Source: Kipferlia bialata
Taxonomy: Eukaryota
Reading direction: 5' to 3'
DNA length: 41,380 nt
NCBI GenBank assembly: GCA_003568945.1
Contig: BDIP01000031.1
Span: 1-41,380, forward strand
The position numbers and the translations under genes are program-made. The notes beneath the pieces were generated by a model. That model was not told where the DNA came from. It ran no database searches and was given only the letters and a program-made list of their open reading frames with translations. How positions within the stretch are numbered: the stretch's first letter is position 1; every line of letters starts with the position of its first letter. Below, piece after piece: positions 1 through 11,700 of this stretch.

Positions 1-30
<30 letters not shown>
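1..30. repeat. Poly-G tract (poly-C on the minus strand, probably an intronic C-run)
   Basis: 30 consecutive G. Confidence 0.9.
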
Positions 31-31
<1 letters not shown>

Positions 32-111
32 TCCAGATGAATATACACCGTCGAGCGTATACTTCTACATGCCCGTTGACCAACATTATATATACACTCG
101 TGAGTACATAC

Positions 112-259
112 CTTCATGGCCACTGAGTATGGAATGAGCCTCATCTCCACTCTCACTAACTGTCTGAGTCGGTGGGGTGTGTGGAGAGGTGAATGACCCC
201 CAGACGCCGTTGGCCAGGCAACTGATGACTCACATATACGGGTGAGGGTATCAGGGAGA
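112..259 (-). CDS. Possible single exon of a further gene running off the window start
   Basis: Acceptor TTTACTTCTACAG (AG at 261-260), open frame LPDTLTRICESSVAWPTASGGHSPLHTPHRLRQLVRVEMRLIPYSVAMK, strong donor AAG|GTATGT at 111. No upstream exon or start found with confidence. Confidence 0.3.
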
Positions 260-617
260 CTGTAGAAGTAAAGAGTGAGAAACGAGTTGGGAAGAAGAGT
301 CGCTCAGACAATCAGACGCCCGGAATATCCGACTTGCTCTCGAGTATCTGAGATACAATCACCAACACCTTACAATATCCTACAAACACAATCTATTCTT
401 CTTCTCTCCTTCAGGATCTCCCTCTGGCTCTCTACCCCTGACTAGATGGCAGTGTCCTATGGTACCGACACTGCCTCTAGAGCCTAATGACACGATGTCA
501 CATGACATGCAACACACCCCTCATACCGCTGTGTGAAACACTCACATAGCTATGTCTCACCCCACCAGGCGTATCACCCCACACTCCTCACACTGGTTAG
601 AGATATGCATCTCCCCC

Positions 618-1250
618 TCACACTGCTGTCTGCTGCACTGGGTGGACAGACAGGGGGTTGGGTACCTGGGGGGGGTCAGGGGGGGAAGACAAATAGAAGA
701 GAATGAAACACCTCCATACATATATATCATTCATGTCCCTACCTGGGCCACTGCCTTTCTGGATGCCTTGTCCAGGGTCTTCTTGATCTTCCTCTTACGG
801 CCCTGGGGGTCAGTGCATATATATATACATATATACATACATATATATAGATATACTAGTGACAGAGTTAGCTGTATATATATGTGTAAGAGTCTTCTTG
901 ATCTTCCTCTTACGGCCCTGGGGGGTGAGGTAGAGGTAAACATACACAGGTCTGTAGCTATACTATGGCTATCCATATACACACACACACATATATATAT
1001 ATATATATGCCCTACCTGGAAATAATATATTCATAGTATATACACAATATCCACTGTTACCTGGAAGAAGTCCTCGACGTATCCCATGGCAGTGGAGAAG
1101 GTGCCACTGAGACCCACCACAGAACCTATGGTAAAAGGGTGTAGGGAGAGAGAGAGAGAGAGAGAGAGTATAGAACCTGGGGGTGTAAGNNNNNNNNNNN
1201 NNNNNNNNNNNNGAGAGAGAGAGTATAGAACCTGGGGGTGTAAGGGTGTA

Positions 1251-1292
<42 letters not shown>

Positions 1293-2725
1293 AGGTCCTG
1301 TTGAGACCCAGTGTATGTATGGCTTCGTACCCAGTGCCACTCCTGCAAATGCCCCCATGGTTGTCCTCATAGACAGGGTGGTGACAAGGGTGGAGTCCCT
1401 GGATTGAGAGTAGGGGGGGGGGGGGTATGCACACAAAGAAACATAGAGAGAGCGACATAGGGTGGTGACCAGGGTGGAGTCCCTGGGGATGAGGGTACAG
1501 GGGTATATGAAGAGAAAGAGAGAGAGAGAAACAGGCTGGTAACAGACCTGGAGACCCTGGGGGAAGGTGGGGAAATATATGGTATGGAGAAAGAGAGTTG
1601 GGGCAGGGGGAAGAGTATACACACTATCACACAGTGCATTGGTACCCACCTCACTATGAACTCGATCTCTGCCCCCACTCCATTGACATATGGGAACCGG
1701 ACGGTGTCGGCCTCATCTCCTGGGGGGTCAGGGGGTACTCATATGTATATAGATGTAGAGATAGTTATAGATCTATAATGACAATTATGTTATGGGAGGA
1801 TGGCCCATATATGGAGTTTATTGACCTTAGACGAGCTAGCCATAACACATATATGTTCTCCCCATATCAACATACACACTCGCATACCTGTCTGCTTAGC
1901 ATCGAGTTCCAGGTGGAACCCAGTGGTGAGAGTGCCGCCTGAGGGTGAGGGGGTCATATAGATAGATCATACCACATATAGTGGGCATATCCAGTCTCTA
2001 GGACTACACTCACCGTTAGACCCCGTTGCGTCCTGGAACAGAGATGGCGTGGCACCCACAGTCACTCTGCAGGGGGAGATGCCCTTGAAGACATGGCCTG
2101 GGGTGGGATTGAAGAGAGTCGTGCATATACACAAGCTAGACCTAGTGAGAGAGAGATATACCCACCTGCCGATGGCACCAGCTCGACTGATATGGATGAG
2201 TCCTCGTCTGGGACAGAGGACCCGAAGGCAACGCTGGCAGATACACTCTGAGGTGAGGGTAGTATATGGTTGCCTCCATGCTTGGGTATGTAGATTGTCC
2301 ACTATATGTACCTGTGCGTGTGCGTTGAGGCCTCCAAAGTGCACGTTGAGGAAGGGGTCAGTGTCGCTGGGGTAAGATGCACACATTTGAATACATGTAT
2401 ACAGAAAGAAACACATGTACTTATGTAGTGATTATGCGTTCGCCATTCTCTGTGGTATCCAGCGACATGATGAATACAATGTCCACTCACCTAGTTGTGA
2501 AGACACAGTCTGTAAAGCGGTACCTGGGGGTGAGAGAGAGGGAGAGAAGGGGGGATACACTCACCACTCTAACAGTGCACACTGGATATTTAGTCGATAG
2601 AGAATTTGCTTGGTAGATATACAACGACGGTCGTAACTGTACGTGGCATGAGTACCCCGTGGCCACTACGTTGCCTGTCACCTCAGTCCTCTGCCAGGCA
2701 CACTCGTGGGTCTGGAGTTAGGAGA

Positions 2726-2764
<39 letters not shown>

Positions 2765-5700
2765 GTGTGTGTGTATAGTGTATAGATCTACTTGTACTCT
2801 GTCATCTGCCAGGCACAGGAGTGGGTCTGGGGGTCAGAAGACATATGAATAGACATACATAGTCAGACCCATAATGTGTATGACAGTAGAGGGAATGCAC
2901 CCACCATACGGCCTGTATCGGGCAGTGTCTCTATGCCATCTGCAGTGACAGACAGAGAGGACGCACAGGCTGGGGTGAGAACTTCTCTGGGTGGTTATGT
3001 GTATATACGTATAAACACCCACCCCCGAACTGGTCTGGGTCTGTCCTATTGTATACCACATATATATATGTACATATATAGTATATATACCACATCTATA
3101 CTAATATCTGTGCTATATAAACTAACCCCCGAACTGGTCTGGGTCTGCCCTAATGTACACCATGTATTTATATATATATATAGTATATAAATATATATCT
3201 ATACATACACACTACATGGACTCACCCCCGAACTGGTCTGGGTCTGCCCTAACATATACCATATATATATACCACACCTATATATATATATGTCGTATAT
3301 ATATATATATACTACATGCACCCACCCCCGAACTGGTCTGGGTCTGCCCTGTCTGACACACAGTCTGTCATAGAACCGAAGAAGGAGAACTCAAGGTCAA
3401 CAGCGCCACTGGGGTTAAAGACGTACGACTACACTCAACGAAGAGATAGAAATACATGTATGCATATAGAGATGGATACAATCTTGACTCACACGAATGC
3501 TATCTGGGTTGCCGACTCCTCTGCCACCCCTAGTGATAGGGTGGACACTAGGAAGTTAGGGATGGTGGACTTGGACTCCTGGGGGTGAGGGGAAGAGGGT
3601 ATATACACACATGTATATGTTATTACATTCATATATATATGTATATATAGATATGTGGGGTAGAACCCACACAACATCCTGTCTATTCATACATGTACAT
3701 ATGTATACAATAACATCTCTATCTATCTATTTTTGTATACATATACCAGTATCTACATACCTGTATGTTGTCCTTGTAGAACCCTATCAAGAGGGAGACA
3801 GCCATGGCACCCCCAAACAGGTAGTACACCTGGGGGTGAGGGAGAGGGTATAAATAGCCCGGAAGACTAATGCAATACGTATACAATACACATCAGCTAT
3901 CCGTACCAGACTGAAGTACCCCCCTATCCTAGTCTGTCTGTTGATCACTGGTGCATGGTCATCGGTGGGGTGGTCCAGGGTAAAGCGGTCAAACCTCTCG
4001 ACGCGGATGCTGTTCCTATAGGGTGGGTATATATACATGTGTTTATGTACCAATGTGCACTGTTACACACCTGACTGGGTATGTGCACAGCAGCATAGAC
4101 TATACTGTATCCAGTATGTCTATGTATGAATATGACTGTGTGTAATACACACTGTGTATCCCATCATATATATATGTGTGTGTATATATATGTGTGTATA
4201 TCCTATCCCATATACCTGACTGGGTATGTGCACAGCAGCATTGCGGCCAGACACACACACAGCACACCGGCCACAATGTAGCACACCCTGGTCAAGGTCT
4301 GCACATAGCCTGGGGTCACAAGTGGCTGATGGGCATAGAAGTATATAACAAATATGAGTACTATATACAGATAGAGCGAGACGAAGGGTCCGCACATAGC
4401 CTGGGGTGAGAGAGGCCAAGACACATACTCTATATACTGGCATAGATACATCTATACATTCACACCCCACCTGACATCAGAGGCCGTGCTGGTGGCTGGC
4501 TCTCAGTGTCGTCCACAATCTCGGGCTCGGCTAGGGGTGAGAGAGACGACCATTGATACATCCCAGCTGACGCTGCCGTACTTGCACTAATAGTATCTTT
4601 AACAGTATGGAGAACACTGTATAGTACACACGTGTCTACATAGAATAATGCCAGGGTGTGTATCATCATATGTATCAACAGATGACACGTACTTGCGGCA
4701 CTAATGCTTCCGATGGGGCAGTACTCGTCGTCCTGGGGGTTGGATATAGAGGGAATGTATAAACTAATTGAGACAAGTGGCCAATAGTGAGAGGCAACAA
4801 TGTACATATGTATGTATATGTATACTTTGTACACACACCCACCTCACATGGCTGGCACTGGGAGTGGTCGATGGAGAGAGACCCATCCTCATTAGTGACA
4901 TAGAAGGCATGGGTGCCTGGTAGGGTGAGGGGGAGTGGCATATACACACACACACATATATATAGAATATCAACAGCCACCCACCCTCTGGGCAAGGTGT
5001 GCACTGCAGGTAGGACCTGGCCCCCAGTGTCTGTGAGTAGTACCCATCGGCACAGGTCACACAGGTGGTGTCAGAGACTGGGGGGTCAGGGAGAGACATG
5101 CAAAGATACAAACAGCTATATACATATATACAGAGACAGAGAGATATGTACCCTGACCTGACTTGTATGTGCCCATGGGACAGGGTGTGCACGTACCCCC
5201 CTCACTCTCTCCGACAAAGGAGGCGTCCCCACCCTCCATCTGCGTGTAGAAGGTACCTGGGGTCAGCGTATACAGAGACACTGTATATACGTCCTCTATG
5301 CAAACACATAGAGAAAGCACGAGTCGTACAGTATCTATATATATACATATCTATATTTTCCAATACCAATACCTGCGCTGCACGAGTCGTAGAGCACCTC
5401 CCCCTCTGTATCCCTGGCAGACACAGGTGTCAGCATGGCTGTGTACAGGTCGCTGTTGCCACTGCCCTGCATATTAGTATTAAGTGTATTGATTATAGTA
5501 GTACAAAAAATATAGTATATAGTATACCTCTATGTACTGGGTCATTGATGTCCTCCAGCCACCGTACAGGTATATCCTGTCACCATGGTACTGGTAGGCC
5601 ATGCCGGCTGGGGGGTGAGGGGGTACAAAGTAGAGAAGACACAGAGGAGCTATAGATGGAGGAGATAGAGTCGCCACTGTACATACCTAGCCCCGGGAGC

Positions 5701-8700
5701 ATGTCACCTGTACCGTCCAGACTGAAGGGTGAGGGGATAGACATAGAGGGTCAAGAAGGGGGAAGGAGAGTAGTCTGAAACAGTACAGTAGTCTGTGTGA
5801 CGGTAATAGTGTATATATACCTCAGAAACACAACAACATTAAACACAAAGACTTCCCTAGAGATGAGTAATGCGTCTCCCCCTACCTGAGCACCGTGTTC
5901 TCGATGGAGTGTATCAGTACCAGTATATATGGAGTGTATCAGTATCAATGAGATATTTCTTCTGATGATGCTATCCATCCCTACCTCAAGACCGCACTCT
6001 CTATGGAGTGCTGCGCTGGGTCTAAGGTATGGACGTATCTGTAGTTGAACACCGCACTCCACATCCTGCCCCCCAGACACAGCACGTGCCACCCGGGGTT
6101 GGTAGGGTTAGTGTCAGAGGTGGATAGGTCTGTGTCTGTAGACTCAGAGTCAGACTCCAACTCCGGGAAGGGCCACTGGGGGGTGAGATAGCACTATACT
6201 ACAAACACTGTAGAATGAGTGTATACTAGTACGACAACCACCTGCACAGGTATGGCTGCATTGTCCACTAATAGTGTATGTAGTATATAGTATACAGATA
6301 CAGGCCTTAGTATGTATATGTAGAAATTATATATAGTACCCACCTGCACAGGTATGGCTGCATTGTCTACTCCATTGTGCACCAGCTTGGGTGGGCTGTC
6401 GGCCTCATTGTCGGGACCGGCTGGGGGTTAGCACAGAGAAAATGCAGGAACAATTAATCCTGAAAGTGTATACATGTGTGTTGGGATTGGATGGGCGGTA
6501 ATGGATGGTGAATAGCATCACTGAGACGAAGTTGGACCGGTTCCCTAATAGGGAAGGATGTATATCAATCAGAGACTTCATATATACGTACCTAGGTACT
6601 GGTAGCGTCTGAACGTGACCTCATCTGGGCCCAGCTCTGGAACATCACCCTCATCTCTGTCACTACCGCCTGGAGGTGGGAAGGGTAGCACCATCAAGGT
6701 TATGGTCTCAGTGAAAGTGTCTCTTTATGAACACATATATAGAGACAGATACACGCCTGCACCTGCAGGTGGGTCAAGGGTAGTATCTCCTATACTAACA
6801 AGACATACAATAATAGACTTGTGTCTGCATATTAATGCATACCTGCCCCTGTCTCTGCCTCTCCCCACATGTCAACAGACACCTCATACCTAGGGTCAGG
6901 GGTGATACTGGGCATATTCTGATATCTAGGGATACATTATGACCAGTGCTCAGTCTCATGGGATTCTTTCCAACACAAGTTTTCCGTACCATCCGTAGTT
7001 GGGTGCGTTACTGGCCAGCACCCCTCCGTAGAGGAACATCTTGCCGTTGATGTTGTCTAGGTGACAGGTCTCCATGGCAGGGGGGGTGTTGTCAGAGACA
7101 TACGCATCATACTCTGCGTCAGTGAAGGGTAGACCAGTGTCAGAGTCGGTGGGTCTGGTGAGGGGGTTCAGGGTGAGCTCAACCCAGGTCTGGGGGTGAG
7201 GATACACTACAGGTCCGGCAGAATGTATACATATACCTAGGTATCTATGTCCACTAATCTCTATACCTTAGACCTGAGGTCGAACCTCCACACACCTAGG
7301 TTATATATACATGGTATCCTTCTGTATATCTCTCTCTATATACCTTAGACCTGAGGTCGAACCTCCACACACCTAGGTTATATATATATAGTATCCTTCT
7401 GTATACATCTCTGTACCTTAGATCTGAGGTCGAACCTCCACACCTAGGTTATATATATATAGTATCCCTATGTATACATCTCTATACCTTTGACCTGAGG
7501 TCGAACCTCCACACCTAGTTATATATATAGTATCCTTCTGTATACATACCTTTGACCTTAAGTCGAACCTCCACATGGCACTGGAGAGAGAGCTGGCTGT
7601 CCTACCTCCATAGGCATAGCTGGGGGTGGGGGGTTAGGTGTATATATATACAGGATGCTATATATATACATATACATATGTGTGTGTAAGTATACCCCAT
7701 AGGCATAGCTGGGGGTGGGTGTACATATAGAGATATACACAAACAATTATAAATAATGTCATTTATATAGATGTACCACATAGGCATAGCTGGGGGTGGG
7801 TGTTAAGATACACATATATACATAGGACAGGTACATACGGTGATACATAGACACACACGTATGTATGCACCAATATACATAGCTGGGAGGTTGTGGGCGT
7901 GAGGTCATACTATACAGAGTTGAACACACTCACATGCTGTTGTCTGCCAGCAGTGTACAGGCACTGCTCGTGGGTGGGTACACGTCCCCAGTGGTGTACT
8001 CGTTGGGGTACAGCTGCTCCCAGGTGTTGGTAGAGAGCCAGAAGACCCAGATGTCGTTGAGGAGGGCGTCTGGGGGTGAGACAAGAGAGAGTATGACTCT
8101 AGACAGTACTGACTGTACAGCTGTATACCTAACTCTGTGTCCTTGCCCAGCATCACTAGCAGGTTGCCCCCCCAGCTGTGCATAGAGTGCCTCTCCCTGG
8201 GGGTTAAAGGGATACACACACCAAGATATATCATGGGAGTATAGGGTGTGGTACAGTATCAATATCAATAGCATACAGACTTAGGTGTGCATGGAGTGCC
8301 TCTCCCTGGGGGGTGAGGGGAGAGGGGGTATACATGTCTAACAACATAGAGGTAATGGATAAGATATACACATGTAACTACATACAAGTACACACCTAGG
8401 CACCGGCAGGCTGAATGAGGGTGTGGGCACCATGGACCAGGTCTCCTCGTCCTCATCGGCATTGTCTATGCCTGGGTGGGTATATGTAGAATACATATCC
8501 ATCCATACTACAATTGTGGCTAACAGCCTGATGTATTTGCTACGTAGCTCTGTATACCTGCTGCCTCCACTCCCATGTCCAGTGTCCACAGCATGCTGGC
8601 CTGGGAGGGGGTGTCTCCCCTGGGGGTGAGTATACACATGTAATACACACATAGGTATAAACACATAGGTATATAGTGGGCTAATACCCCTGAGGGCCAG

Positions 8701-11700
8701 TGTATACATAGACACACGTGTATGGGTGTTGCATACTACACAACCCCTCCTCCCATACCTATACCCCCCAAATATGTACATGTTCTCTCCCACCACAGCT
8801 GATGCAAGGAGGGAAGACTCGGGGGGGGATATCTGGTTGCTGGGGGTGAGACACTAGCATATTGACTAATTGAGAGAGAGAGAGGGGACATGGTTGCTGG
8901 AGGTGAGATGTGTATAGATCTAGAATGTGGAAGCTTTTGGTACAATACTACACATCTCTCTGCTCTCACCTGAGCAGTATCTCGTACTCCGTTGTGACCT
9001 CCCCCCCTTCCCCTTGGACATTGACACTGCTAGACATGCAGTTGGAGGCACCCTCCAGCTCCATGTACCCACCAAAGTAGAACATGTCGGGGGAGAGGGA
9101 GGACACGGTGTCTGGGGGGAGAAGGGGAGGGAGAACGATGGGTATAATATATACACTCCAGTAGTCTAGAGTGGCATGGGAGAAATGGGCATTGAGGGAT
9201 GCCATGGGGTGTCTAACTGCACTTGATGACCGATACTGTCCCTGACATACCTGCTGTCTCCACTGTCCACTCGTGCACAGGGGGGACCATACAGTTGTCC
9301 ACTGGGGGTGAGTATAGAGGGTATGGCATAAGTATATGGGCGTGCATCACTGATGCAGGATGAGGAGGACTCGAGTGTGGTATACCGACTCTACTCGACC
9401 CAGTAGGAGTACTGAGAAGTCCAACTACCCCCTACCTCCGTCGTTAGCCACTGAGTACTTGTCGGGTGTGTTCTCAAGCACATTCCACCTCTGGGGGTGA
9501 GATACACGTGATATACAATAGGTAACCAACTCATGTTCAACTCACACACATATAGTCCATGTACCACAAATGTACACTTCACTGTACTACACCCAATCCA
9601 CATACCCAGAGTGTGGGGTCTGTGTACTCCCCGTTGAATGATAGGATGACACCGTCCCCCCTGTCCCGCTGGGCTATGCGGAACCAGCCATACCTGGGGT
9701 GGGGGGGGGTATCTTCAGGGAGGACAATGTCAATACAATAACCCCACTCCTACATAAATATCCATATATATACATATACTAATATATATACATATACCCT
9801 GCACTCACATGACGATGAGGCCATCCCGCATGAGGTACTTGTTCCTGTGCTCATACACACCCTCTTCCTCAGTCTCTGCACAGTAGAGGTCACAGTCCAG
9901 ATACACCTGGCACAGGTACCTGGGGGGAGGGGTGTATATATATATATATATATATATGGGTATACAGCATATGTGTATTCTATATGTATCTACATAGGTC
10001 AGAGTCCAGATACACCTGGCACAGGTACCTGGGGGTCAGTATAAACCAGAATATATACCCATTGTACAATTTTATACTGTATATATATGTATACACATCA
10101 GTCCAGACACCAGGTACTTGGGAGAAGGGGGGTGATATAAATACAGTAATCCACTGGTGATATACACCAGTGCATGGATATACCTTGGCCCCGGGTACTG
10201 GTCCTCCACCGACTCTGGGTCAAAGGTGGGGAAGTTCGCATTGGCCGTACCCGTAATCTCCACCCACTGTGGGTTGGGTGTGTTGAGACCAATGTCCACA
10301 ACCCACGTGTCCTGGGGGTCGGGGGTCGAGGCATAGTTGCCAATGCGGCCTGGGGGTTACTATTGGAATGTACATATAATAAAAATGAGAATATACATGA
10401 AGAGAGGTATAGCAGAGGCTGCCTTGGGAGTCACTACTAGGTGTTACATTATTCAACAGCTGATGGGCCACACAATTACAAAGTGCATATACACACTGGG
10501 TATCTATATGTATTGAACACATACATGAATACCTGAGTATATGATGAGCCACACGTGGAGGGGTATGGCCGAGGTGGGACTGGGCACAACAAGCACACCC
10601 ATGCTGGCAGCCTAGGGGGTGAGCATGCATTATTATATATATATATACATGTATACATACACCCACCAACCTCCCTAGCGCATGGGGCCTCCCCCCCAGG
10701 GGACAGCTGCTCCCAGCTGTTGTTGACAACGTCATACCGCCACAGCTCATCGATGAAGCCAGTGGGGCCTGGGTGAGATACATACATCTACACATACCTA
10801 CATATAGTGTGTACATGTACATGTGCATACCTCTCCCCCCGTAGACCAGTGCGTATGGTAGCTCCTCCCACAGGGCCTCGTTGGTGGGGTCAGAGGGGTC
10901 GACCTGATGGTGGGGGGGATGGGGTATCAGTGGTACATGTACTGTATGTTCACTCTATACCGAACTACACCATACCTTGACGTCTGTGTACACCTCACAG
11001 ACCTGTCTGTACCTGGGACCAGGCCAGTCTGGGGTGGGAGAGAGAGAGTGTGGGTGTGTACTCATAACTGGGTATGTAAAGTATTGATACACTCACCTGA
11101 CCCCCCCTCCCTCGATATCTCAGCCCAGATGGAGTTGGGTGGATCGTAGGCATACCTAGGGTCAAGGGGTAGACGGTATACATTCAGATGTATCCATAAA
11201 TCGATATGGAGAGGGAGAGAGCATACTGTCGATCACAGTCACACTCATTGTATGAATTAGTATTCAAAGGACGGGAGGTCACACTCACATCTTGGACGAT
11301 GCCCCGTTGTCTGTGAGTCCTGCAAACACATAGAACAGTCCATCATGGGTCCACCCACAGGAGTAGCCTGGAATGACAGGATGTATAGATGAGTGTACAT
11401 ATAGAAGTATTGATGGTAATGTGATATATATATATATATATATAAGTATATACCATCATGAGTCCACCCACAGGAGTAGCCTGGGGGTGAGGGGGGAGAT
11501 GCATGTACATATACATTGGATTGGCTATCCACACACCCAATACATATAGATACATATACATATAGATACATATAGAGTATGTATATAATCCTCCCTACCC
11601 ATGATGTCTGTCTGTGCCCCCAGGGTGGTATCACTCCTATCAATGTATATACATTGTATGTATAAATACACACCCGTGATATCTGGCTGTGCCCCCAGGG

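Noticed and set aside
1..30. Poly-G as a telomere or functional G-quadruplex
   Set aside because: A homopolymer rather than a telomeric repeat; matches the C-runs found in minus-strand introns and commonly breaks contigs.
1168..1243. Exact 22-nt duplicate on both sides of the 23-N gap
   Set aside because: May be the same sequence assembled twice at contig ends; weak evidence for two separate echoes.
7263..7575. CRISPR-like appearance (about 30-nt repeats with 35-50 nt spacers; also at 3018-3350 and 11596-11890)
   Set aside because: The repeats are copies of exon ends with splice donors, the spacers are related AT-rich intron sequence, the context is eukaryotic and there are no cas genes.
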